From Minutocellus sp. GHC0000111 (lineage: Eukaryota), in assembly GCA_977018835.1 (NCBI GenBank), contig OZ361256.1, positions 2,542,001-2,606,000 on the forward strand: DNA of 64,000 bases, written 5' to 3'. Below the pieces are notes generated by a model. That model made no database searches, was not told where the DNA came from, and worked only from the letters and a program-made list of their open reading frames with translations. Position numbers and translations under genes: made by a program. Below are positions 53,532-64,000 of the stretch, in pieces (position 1 is the stretch's first letter; each line of letters opens with the position of its first letter).

Positions 53532-56500
53532 ATGGCCCGGCAGCACAAAGTCACGGCCTCGTGGCTTTTCGCGGTGAGCCTGGCGATATCCGCCAGCCAT
53601 CATTGCACCTGGGCAAAATGTATCGATTCCGGTGACAAGTGCAAGCTCGACAAAGATGGCATTGCAATCGAGCCCTGTTGCGCCAGTGATAATACGTGCA
53701 TAATGCTGCCGGGCCTCGGCGGTAGATGTATTACCACAAGCGAACCAACACTCAGTCCGACTGTCACGGCCTCGGAATCTCCCTCGTCATCGCCAAGTAC
53801 CGCTCCCACGAATGCACCAAGTGTCACTGCCTCGGAATCACCTTCGTCATCGCCAAGTACCGCTCCCACTGATGCACCAAGTGTTGCGGCCTCGGCAGCG
53901 CCGTCTTCATCTCCGTCGGCTTCTCCAACAAGGCACCCGAGTATTTTCCCATCGGCCGGACCTACGAGCCAGCCCAGCGACCTGGCGTCTGAGCAGCCAA
54001 GCCAGGAGCCCACGGCAATGCCCTCGTTTGAGCCCACCACATGTGCCATTTCTGGGGACAAATGTGATCCCGGCAGCAATGGTGACGCTCCCAGCATACC
54101 CTGCTGCTCAACCGACAACACGTGCATTATTCTGCCAGGTCTTGGCGGTAGATGTATCACCACAAGTGAACCAACGCACAGTCCAACTCTCAGTCCGACT
54201 GCCATGGCCTCGGAATCACCCTCATCAAAGCCATCCAATGCACCCACCGATGCTCCATCTGGAGCGCCCTCCCAGGCACCTAGCCTGTATCCCACGATGC
54301 CGCCGAGCAACATACCGTCTTTGGAAGCATCTGGCCCTCCATCGAGCACTCCATCATCTGAGCTGAATCTTTGGTACCTTTCAGCTATAGAAATGGTGAC
54401 GGGAGAGACACCGGTCGCCGAGTGGAGGGAATTCCTCACCGTGGACCCCCTCGACGGCATTGTCAGCATTTCACATAGCAATACTGACGCGAACCTGGTG
54501 TACCCAGACAAAGATGAATGGTGGGTGAGGATACAGAAAAAATGGACGAAGCTCGCTTCTTGCCCTTACGGCGATGCCATGGGAGTCAAAGATTTCGGCC
54601 AAGAGCGGTGCGTCGGCGTTGGGGAAGGTATATGCACAGACCAATGGCTGCTCGGCATCGTGTCTCACGGTGACACGACGCATCTTGCGCTCCATAACGC
54701 TAATGAAGACAATGAGGTCTACAAATGGTTCCCCGGAGCCACTCAACTGTGCATCGGGTCACAGTATCCGGATGCGACCTATCTTCGGGTTGACTATGAA
54801 GATGGTCCCTATTATCTCATTGGGCCTCCAAATAGGTGAGTGATCTTTCTGGAAGATGTCAACTTCATGCCGAGACATAGATCCGGTTAATCTGCAAATT
54901 CCTAAAGCATTTTTCTTTCTGATCTGTAATCTCAATTTAAATTCTTCCTCTGCCTATTCTCCTCTACTAGAGCTGAAGACGACAAAAAACAGTCGCGCGC
55001 AACTCTCGGAATTGTTGCCGATGCAAAAAAGTATAACCCTGGTGATACCATCATTGGATTCCAGGGTGGTGCTGGTACTGATCTGTGGCAGCTATCCGCG
55101 GATGGCAATTCCATTACGAATGGCGATGCCCTATGGTATCCGGTCCACGTCAGATCTGCAATGTCTGGCTCGAGTCTGCCGAGCGACACAACCTCGAAGC
55201 CATCGGCATTGCCTCCGAGTGACTACAGTTCCACTGAAACTGGTAGAACGTATGAACAGGGCAATTCAAACGATGCCCTCTGGGAACCGATCGCTATCGA
55301 AGATGTTGCTCATAACTCGAGCAGTCCGACCATGTTGCCGTCGAGTAGCATCCCCACAAAAGCTCCAACAGCTATTCCCTTGACGTCATCAGAGCCAAAG
55401 AAAGCTTGCTTTTGGCGTTGGGATGAATCCTGTCAAGATGACCCTACATACCGTTCCAAAGACAACTTGGAATGCGAAAAATATCAGAATGAGGACTGCC
55501 CTGGCTTATTCGGCCACTTCACGCACCCAGAGGTGTCCGAACTCATCGATCGATGTCCTTGTAGTTGCCGAATTGAGTGCAACACCTACAAGTGGGATTC
55601 ACTGATACCAACGGATGTTCCCTCTTCCGAACCAACTGCAATTATGTCGAACAATCCAAGCTCAAGGCCGTCGGCTTCGCCCGAATCTTCACCGAGTGTC
55701 CCCCCTTCGAGTACTCCTTCTATGAACCCAACTGTTCGCCCTAGTCGACAAGGTAGCCCATCGGCCAAGCCATCTCTCCGGGCCTCCTCATCGAATCCTG
55801 CAGCCAACGCCGAGCCGGCTGGATATGAACTGGCGCTAACGACTGTAAAGGAGGATTGGATTTAGACTCGTGATTACTCAAAATGTTCTCGTCGACTGCA
55901 CACACAAACGGAAAGGCAGGCAGTAGGTTATCGATGGGGTATCAAAAATAGGATCGGTGAAAGATCTAGTGTTGGCGAAATAGGCGAGGAGGCTGGCGAC
56001 GACATACGCCAAGACCTAAATGATGGTCCCATCTCCACCACAAGGGATGAAGGAATCGAAGACGAGATCAAAACATCGTTTCGAGATTTCGATACCGATG
56101 ATATTGACGTAGATAAGAAGGACAAGGAGATTACTCAAGATTGCATTCCAAAAGCAATTCCCATGAATAGACAATCAAAATCTTCCATGACTGCTGAGCA
56201 GACATGCCCTTCCACCATTTCACCATTCGGCGGGCCAAATGCCGTTACCCAAGTGGACGGACAAATGGTATCAGAAAGCAGCGGCATATGCGCTAGCCGA
56301 ATCAATGCAAACGTCATTTGGACTCTTAACGACTTTACCAATGGGCCCATTTTGTATGCTTTCGATTCCATTGACGGTTCAGTTAGACAGTATCCCATCG
56401 CCCAAGGGCGGAACTATGACTATGAAGATATTGCATGTGGGCTAGGTCCTATCCCAAATGTGGGCTACATTTATGCGGCTGATATAGGTGATAACTTGGG

Positions 56501-57089
56501 AAAGCGGGGGTACTCTTACTCTTTTGGACTGAAAAAGTGGCAGCCATTGCGAATCTACCGCATCCGTGAGCCCAATCTCTCTACCCTCCAAGGTTCGGAG
56601 CTGACCCAGTGGGACGAGCTGCAACTCGAGTACCCCGACGGACCCCACAACGCTGAAGCCATGATGATAGACCCTGTGTCGCGAAGGATTTTCATTCTCA
56701 CCAAGTCAAGCGGGGCGATCTGGATGACCCCGAAAGAGTGGGGTCCAGGAAATGGAAAGATGACGCTCGAAATGTTGGGTAGTATTATGAAAATGCCCGA
56801 TTCATTAACTGGAATTGACATCAGCCCGGATGGAAAGGAGATTGTTGTCAAGTTTTACAATTCCATCCATTATTTTTGCATGGGCAGCCGGCAGCATGAT
56901 AAGCCAGAAGATGCCTGGCAAGACATTGTCGCCGTTCTAACGACGAAAGATGGAATAGGGGTCCCATACATCCAAGAGCCACAAGGAGAGGCAGTGTGCT
57001 TCGGACAAAATTTCGAAGAAGGCATCTATACCTTATCCGAGTCTAGAGGCATGGCCCTTGTACCTCTATTCCATTACAACAGGCTTTAG
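53532..57089 (+). pseudogene. Secreted modular protein, copy C; exons 53532-54835 and 54971-57089; in-frame TAG at 55863-55865
   Basis: A GTGAGT..TAG intron restores the frame; EDWI*TRDYSKC versus WIWTRDYS in copies A and B; the frame stays open through a complete propeller. Confidence 0.75.
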
Positions 57090-57515
57090 AATTACATGTG
57101 CTATGAGATAATTTAAATTAACATCGACAAATAAATTTATTTCTATGAAACAAATGAATGTTTCGAGCTAAGAACCCCAGTGCAATTGATTATCCTAATA
57201 GTAGAGTCTACATGTTACCTGCTGCCAGCTCTCGGCCTTGGTTCGTAGATCTAGAGATGTTTACAGACTGAAGAAGTTCCCTCCATTTGTTGGCCTAATA
57301 TCACTTTTTCGTCTATCGATAAAAATTTGAAGCCGGCAGTGGCACTCTCGACTGTGAAAGTATCCTCAGTGGTGCTTGCCTTGGTACATGTGCTGTAGCC
57401 GATGGTTCCCAGCTCACTTGAGAATTTGGCATCGCTGGACGCAACGGTTGCTGCAATGGAAGCTGGGTCAGAACGGTAGACGAAGATTGCTGATCGTCTG
57501 CTCCCCAACCTCTCA

Positions 57516-58970
57516 TTAGGGGCACACGACACCCCCAGAAAATGGAGTCGACTGGCCAAAACGGTCAGCACTTTCTGGCGATAAAGTTACTCTGCGCTGA
57601 TTTGGTCTGGTGCTATTGTCGTCATAATCATTACCATGATGATAATACTCGTCGCGGCCCCTCTTCCTGCTCAGCTCTCCCTGCGCACGTGAGCTGGCGC
57701 TAAGAAGGCCTGGTATAGGCGTTGTGCGATCGAAATCATCTTTACATTTGGGACACGCGCATCGGCCTTGGTCGCGTCTGGCATAATTACTAGTAGCTTG
57801 TAACGACGCTGGTGTTGAATTGGGAACGAGTATTTCATTTGGAATTGTCTGAACCTCAGGAAGTAATCGTACGGGTTGTTGAGGTCGCATTGCAGGCAGT
57901 ACGGGATGTTGAAAGTCTCTGGTGTTTTTACAATGTCCACAAATTCCATCAAATTTTCCAGTTCGAGTGAAGCGCCTCCACTGCGCCTTGACATATTGTG
58001 ATTGCTCCTTGCGAACTCGACAATTCTTGCACCGACGTCCGCATTGTTCAGGGGTGTTGCGGTTGTGCTGCCTCTTTTGAGAACAATCGGCACAACATCG
58101 CCGATTGTTGTTACGCATTGTCCATTGCTTCCTGTTGTAGCCCGATCTTGGCTTGGATATGTAACACCGAGAACACCTCCTCAACTGTTCGTTCGCTGAA
58201 GCTACAGGCGCCAGAGCAGGAGCATTGAGAGTGAGATTATGCGACAGAGTAATGGCATCAGCGCGAGAGGGCGCCAAAGAATTCGCATTATCAAGTTCTT
58301 CGTTCTGAGCGTCTGCCGGCGTCATCGCAAATGATGCTGTACTTCCGTTTGCATTTCTCCCAACATGGCTATTGAGAGCATCCTCATTGCTCATGTTGCT
58401 TGTACGCCCCTTCTGCCTTTCTCTCATACCAACCCAAAACTTGCCGTCGACGCCTTGGTTGCTCGCCAGGCAGTGGCACGATGCTTCTGAGATGCATTGC
58501 GCCAAATCATCACCGCTGGTCTAATTCTTGCATTCAGATGCGAGGCAGTCACATACGAAGCAGTAACACATATCGCAAGTCGTTTGGTTGGCCTCCAGTC
58601 CATCCCTGGAGAGATTCTTATGCAGCACATCTTGAACGAAAGTGTGGTGTGGGCAGTCATGCCGAGCATGTGGCAAGCACACCGCATTGATAGTGCCTAT
58701 TTCCTGAACATCGTCATCATTACAAGTGAGTGTGGAAGAGGGTTGGCCCTGATCAAACGGCTGCTGGTCCGATTGCTTTTGCTCCACTACTTCAATGACG
58801 CTGTCGTCGTCGTCGGCGGCGGCGTTGTCGCTACAAGTACCGAATGTGCTGCCAATTTCTCCCTGCTCGGACTGTCGACCAAGTTCCTTCCTCCTAGTCA
58901 AACTCCGACCATAATCTTCATCGTCACTACTATCATCGATGATAATCAGGGGGTTGGAAGAGGACGACAT
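57516..58970 (-). pseudogene. RIN13-like Cys/His-cluster protein with Stc1-like fingers, copy C; in-frame TAG at 58521-58523
   Basis: LPHARHDCP...CDMCYCFVCDCLASECKN*TSGDDLAQCISEASCHCLA; copies A and B have W at the stop position (SECNRW, SECPSW). Confidence 0.7.
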
Positions 58971-59238
58971 TGCTTCGGTATCAAGCAACGGCCATTGCAG
59001 CAAAAGAAAAATGTGCCACTTTTGAAGATTTTGGCCAAGAAGTCTGTCCGTCACCATGGACGAAAATCTTGGCACAAACCGCAAGAGCGAGGCAGTTCCA
59101 ACAGTCAATAATTGAATGAATTGGCAGAACTGAACGTGAGGAAGATACGCGAGCTAAAGGACCCCGCCGCTTCTTCTTCGGTGCAGGAGTGCTAGTTGCC
59201 GCTTGATATTTCGTATTGTGATCAGCAGGGGCACCAAA

Positions 59239-62200
59239 ATGCAGCCAACCGAAGAAGCAGAGCACGACGAGGAATTGGAGTTCCGCCGGTCCGCCGAGTC
59301 CCATGAAGAACAAAACTCCGACCAGGCCACCAGCGCGGTTAGCATTGATGATTCTTCTACTGGTGCTGACGATGATCCGTCCGTGATCTACCAGTGCAAT
59401 CAAATGATCGACGTGCCCCTCACGGGGGGCAACTTGGCTCTGCACGCGTCGTTTAGCTTCCGGCAGAACCAACCACACCAAATGGCAGACGAAGAACATC
59501 GCCAATGGCAAAAATGGCGGAGGCTCACCTCTGGGAGTTATGCGTACGAAAATGCCAATGATGACGACGATGATTATCTGCCGAATGATTATCTATGGAA
59601 CACGCCCACAGAGGGCTACTATCATGCAATCAACGGGACGAACTTTCATGGAACACTCTCGGATTTTGGCATCAACACCACGGATTACGATGATTTTACC
59701 ACCCATTTGAATCCCGCATCGGATGTCGACGTTGCCGGCGTCATTGCTGCCACAGCATTCAACGCCGTCGTCTTTGCCGTATTGATGGTGAGCTACGAAA
59801 TTTTGCGGCGGCTCGTGCCGAGTGTGTACGCTTCCAAGAGACAGCAGGCCATTATGAGGGGAGAGCACCCAACCACCGAGGATGACTACTACATGCCCTT
59901 CGATTGGCTGATGCCGGTGTTTGGTGTCCCATGGTCCAAGGTGCGAAAGGCTGGTGGTTTGGATGCCTACATGTTTTTGCGATATCTGAGAATGTGCCTC
60001 CGGATTACCTCGGTCAGTGCATTTTGGGGCATTGTTATCCTTTGGCCCATATATGGACGTGGGGGAGGACCGTACTCCGATGCGTACTCGTGGTACCACT
60101 TTTCAATGGCCAACATCGACCAAGGGTCGTGGCGGATATGGGTCCCCACGATATTCATCTATCTGTTTAGCTTCTTTGCCTTCTTTCGCATGAAGCAAGA
60201 GCTGAAACATTACGTTGAGTTGCGAATGGAATTCCTTGGGAAGGGTCCGTGTAAGTGATTCACACTTCTGAGATTATCGCTCAAACCAATCTTTCCAGTG
60301 ATGATAGTTTACCAATGACAATTCTCTTGTTTTTCCCTTTCACACAAATTTCAGCTGGCGTAAATTCTCTTCAGCAAACGTATTCGATTTTGGTGGAGCG
60401 GATCCCAAATGATTTGCGATCCGACAGGGCTCTCTACGACTACTTTAATCGTCTCTTCCCAGGCAAGGTCCATTCAGCGTGTGTCATTCTTAATGTTCCG
60501 GACTTGGAAGTGGTTGCCACACGGGCTGATCGCGTGACGAGAAGGTTGGAGAAGAGTATTGCCTACTACGAGGCAACGAAGAGACGACCGACTCACATTG
60601 CAGGGCGGCCACGGGTCAATTTTCTCAATATTGAGTGTTCGCCATGCGAATTGGACATCGGCCGGCCATGCCACGCAGTTTATGATATTGAAGAGGAGGG
60701 CGTTCTGCCTCCCAAGGGAGCAGTGGTTGACAGCATCGATTACTATACATTGGACCTGGCCGAAATCAATCAGCATCTCTTCCTTGGACAGCGTAAGAAG
60801 GCCCAGATTGCCCACACGGGCAATTTATCGGTCAGAGCCGATGGCTGGATAAGCAAGGCGACCGCATATGCTAGCTCGATCGGGGCATCGGTGATCGGGG
60901 AGAGCAATGAAGCCAATTCACTGGTAAAGAGTCCGATACCATCGCAGTCAGTGTCGGAGGATGATATGAGGCCATCAGCAGCAGCTACTGAAAATGTAGA
61001 TTCGACCCGCAAAAAGTCGTTTTGTGATTATGGCTCATTCAATGACGAGGACGGAAACACTGGCAGCGGTAGCTTTGACTTACCAAAGGCCTGGAGTAGT
61101 GACGAAGAAGAGTCGCTGGGTGGTGTAAATTTCAACGAAAAGCAAGAATTGTGGGAGTTCGAGGATGATGACGAGGGCGATAAGAAAGAAGGAACCGCCA
61201 TAGGGAGTAGCACTGGTGGGGGAGTGAAGTACTCTGAATCGGCAACCCAAAAGGAGATTGCATGTCACTCCATCCCTGCCGACTGCAAATGGAAACTGCG
61301 AAGACCGAAGAAGTCAACTTTCATTCGTTTGGCAGCGCGTCTAGGCCTTGATTTTTTTGTTTCTGTCCTTCATATTCTTCACAAACGATTCCAAATGCTG
61401 TTCGACAGCTCGTCATCTGGCACTACGTCATTGTCGGCGACTGGCTTTGTAACATTCTACACCCACGAAGCTGCGACCATTGCTGCTTGCGCGCAACTGA
61501 CGCACAAACCAAATGCCCTAGAAATCTTTGTTGCCCCCGAGCCAAGAGACATCATTTGGAAGAACGCTAATATTCACAAAGATATCCGCAGGGGAAAAGA
61601 AGTTTCCGCCAACATATTTCTGTTCTTTGGAATTATCTTCTGGTCCATTCCACTTGCAGCCATTCAGGCCTTTGCAAAAGCAGAGCAAATTGCCATGATC
61701 CCGGGCTTTGAGTGGGTGTTGAGATTAAATGGAGGGAATTTCCAAGCTTTTATCAATGGTTATCTTCCCGTTGTAGCTCTCCTGACGCTCATATGCGGCC
61801 TGCCCCTACTCTTCGAAGCAATAGCAAGAGTGTACGAGAAGCGCAAGACAATATCGGATGTGCAGGACAGCATAGTCGGGCGATATTTCTACTATCAAAT
61901 TGCCAACATTTATGTAACGGTAACGGCCGGATCTATTTGGAAGGCCGCAGCCGACATCATTGAGAGACCGGCAGAAATGCTCGAAATTCTGGGCGAAAGC
62001 ATCCCAATGATGGTCGGCTACTTCATGTCCCTTTTGATAACCAAGATTCTCGCCGGGTTGCCCATGGTCATCTTGCGAACGGGCGCTTTGAGTAGAATGT
62101 TTTTGCTTCGATCCTGCTTCAGCCGAGCCAAGTTGACTCAGCGAGAGCTTGACGAAGTCTATCGCAAGCAAACGGTATTTTATGGATGGGAGTACCCAAC

Positions 62201-62996
62201 GCAGCTTCTCGTCATCATGATTGCATTTGCCTATGCCTGTATCTCGCCGGTCATTTTACCAGTTGCTGCGGCATACTTCTTGGGGGCGCTCATCGTTTAC
62301 AAAAAACAGATATTATACGTCTATGCTCCCACTTATGAATCTGGCGGTCGGCTCTTTCCGATTGTTTGTGACCGGACTCTCGTTGGGCTCATCATCTCTC
62401 AGCTTACCTTCATTGGCTACAGCCTCATTAGGAAGGGCAAGTGGCAACCGTTGTTTTTGGTACCACTGCCATTCATCACACTGTACATGATGTACTATTT
62501 CCGCGCTCATTACGCCAATCCTAGCCTCAAGTTATCTTTGGAGAGAGCCATTGAGCTCGACCATCGCGCAGACATCAAGGCTTCTGGTGGCAGCGATGAT
62601 GATGTGACCTACACGCCGAGCGCAGCTGCAACAAAACTCAAGGAAAAATTTAGCGAAGACTTCTACCGACAGCCCGTCCTCACAGCAGAGGCAGGTCGGC
62701 CATTACCTTACCGTCGCAAGGACGGAGCGGATGAGTTGACAAAGATCGCCTGGAGTAAGCTCGATGGTGACACCTCACGCTACCAGCGCATGCTAGATGG
62801 AAATAGAACGGGCACCACCAGTGGACTTAGGGCAGCGAAGGAGCAGAATTCAGGTCAGCGGCGGCTTGATGTTCACCGATCTTTGGTCGATAACTATTCT
62901 CTCGATGAGGAACTCGATAGTGGTGTTTCTGGAGATGGCGCAAACGCTGATAAATCAGCAAAACAGGTCTCGTTTGGGCCCCGAGAAATCGTTTAG
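59239..62996 (+). CDS. OSCA/TMEM63 (CSC1/ERD4) osmo- and mechanosensitive channel; exons 59239-60250 and 60355-62996
   Basis: GLDAYMFLRYL, SILVERIP, GFVTF, APEPRDIIWKN, YAPTYESGG; multi-TM; GTAAGT..TTTCAG phase-1 intron. Confidence 0.9.
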
Positions 62997-63109
62997 TAAT
63001 CGCCTACTAGCATTGCCGGGAAATTTTTGGATAAGATATCTAGATTCTCTACACATTATTGGATTCTCTACAATCACACAAACCTCGATCAACGGTCAAT
63101 AGTCAAGTA

Positions 63110-64000
63110 CTAATGTCCACCTCCCCCACCTTTGCTGACCGATGGATATACAACGCCAAAAGTGCCCATCATTACCAAAGCATTGCCGATCCACCCAAGT
63201 GGCCCTGGCAGTAACCCAACTTTCAACTCAAAGGCGATGAATGACGCTATCATTGGCTCTAGCAACGTGGCCACACTAATGACGATATTGTCGAAGCTCA
63301 CCATTGCCTTGATGAAGCCCATTGTCCCCAATACATTGCAAATCACTACAATCCAGATTTCCACCAAGATTCGATCTGGCTGCCATGCCATCCACCCAAA
63401 GAGGCCGTGGTAGGGATCCGCACTGAAGCTGATATTGAGATCTGAGCATATCATGAACAGAAGGACGAGGAATGATCCGCAGATCATGTTGAGACACATG
63501 AAGATTGTTACTGGCAAGGAAGGCCTGACTGCTTTAGCGAAGGTTAGGTAGCCAACGCCAAAAATTGCAGAAAGGAAAGCAAGACCGTCGCCCAATAGGG
63601 CATGTTCTCCGTCCTCCGAAGATCCCTCACTATCCCTCGAGCACAGCATAGCACAAATAAATGCCAGCAAGGCCCCACCTCCCTCCATCAGAACAACCGG
63701 TTCGCCCACGCAGGCCTTGCCCAGCAATAAAATTACCGCCTGCGAGTTGGCATAAATGACGGCATTGCCAATAGCTGTGTAGTCCAGAGCTACAAAGAAG
63801 AGCAATGTCTGAAAGCTGAAGCATACTACTGCAGACGCAAATGTGAGCCATTGACTTCGATTGAGTTTGGGTCGCTGTTCAGCATGAATCAAAGTTCGCA
63901 ACGCAAAAATGGATAGAAAGCCTCCTGTTGTCGTCATTCGCCAGTAGAGCTTCAGTGGTGGTGCTACACCACGAAGCAGTGCCAATGCACTTCCATTCGA
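63110..64000 (-). CDS. EamA/DMT-family transporter (5' end beyond the window)
   Basis: About ten hydrophobic helices; ALDYTAIGNAV, GDGLAFLSA and SVATLLEPMIAS motifs. Confidence 0.8.
   Translation of the reverse strand, partial: SNGSALALLRGVAPPLKLYWRMTTTGGFLSIFALRTLIHAEQRPKLNRSQWLTFASAVVCFSFQTLLFFVALDYTAIGNAVIYANSQAVILLLGKACVGEPVVLMEGGGALLAFICAMLCSRDSEGSSEDGEHALLGDGLAFLSAIFGVGYLTFAKAVRPSLPVTIFMCLNMICGSFLVLLFMICSDLNISFSADPYHGLFGWMAWQPDRILVEIWIVVICNVLGTMGFIKAMVSFDNIVISVATLLEPMIASFIAFELKVGLLPGPLGWIGNALVMMGTFGVVYPSVSKGGGGGH

Noticed and set aside
7263..57089. Genome-wide reassignment of TAG to a sense codon
   Set aside because: Many genes end at TAG, including the conserved RL-TAG ends of the propeller paralogues, and the internal TAGs align to different residues.

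Overview
Gene-dense, GC-rich eukaryotic nuclear DNA with short GT-AG introns, almost certainly from a diatom. Evidence for the origin: an Lhcx-type light-harvesting gene, 'xAF' bipartite plastid-targeting presequences, PSxxPS linkers and RxL propeptide-like sites. I can model about 29 protein-coding loci. Recognisable genes include Lhcx, a sulfotransferase, an adenylyl cyclase, MBD4, an M23 peptidase, proline iminopeptidase, APE1, WDR24, a U-box/Sel1 protein, a TALE homeobox gene, an ATAD3-like ATPase, a PPR protein, a CBS-PTC7 phosphatase, an OSCA/TMEM63 channel and an EamA transporter. Most notable: (i) four genes are interrupted by a single in-frame TAG with the frame continuing afterwards, two of them exactly at Trp codons conserved in neighbouring paralogues, and four loci carry apparent frameshifts; (ii) a 16-kb interleaved array of three RIN13-like Cys/His-cluster genes and three modular secreted beta-propeller genes; (iii) a 233-bp MITE; (iv) several unusual domain architectures (tandem 2H-like membrane protein, VHL-zincin, five DUF6174-like repeats, S74-like domain fused to ATAD3). 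All family assignments come from motif recognition by eye; no database searches were run.
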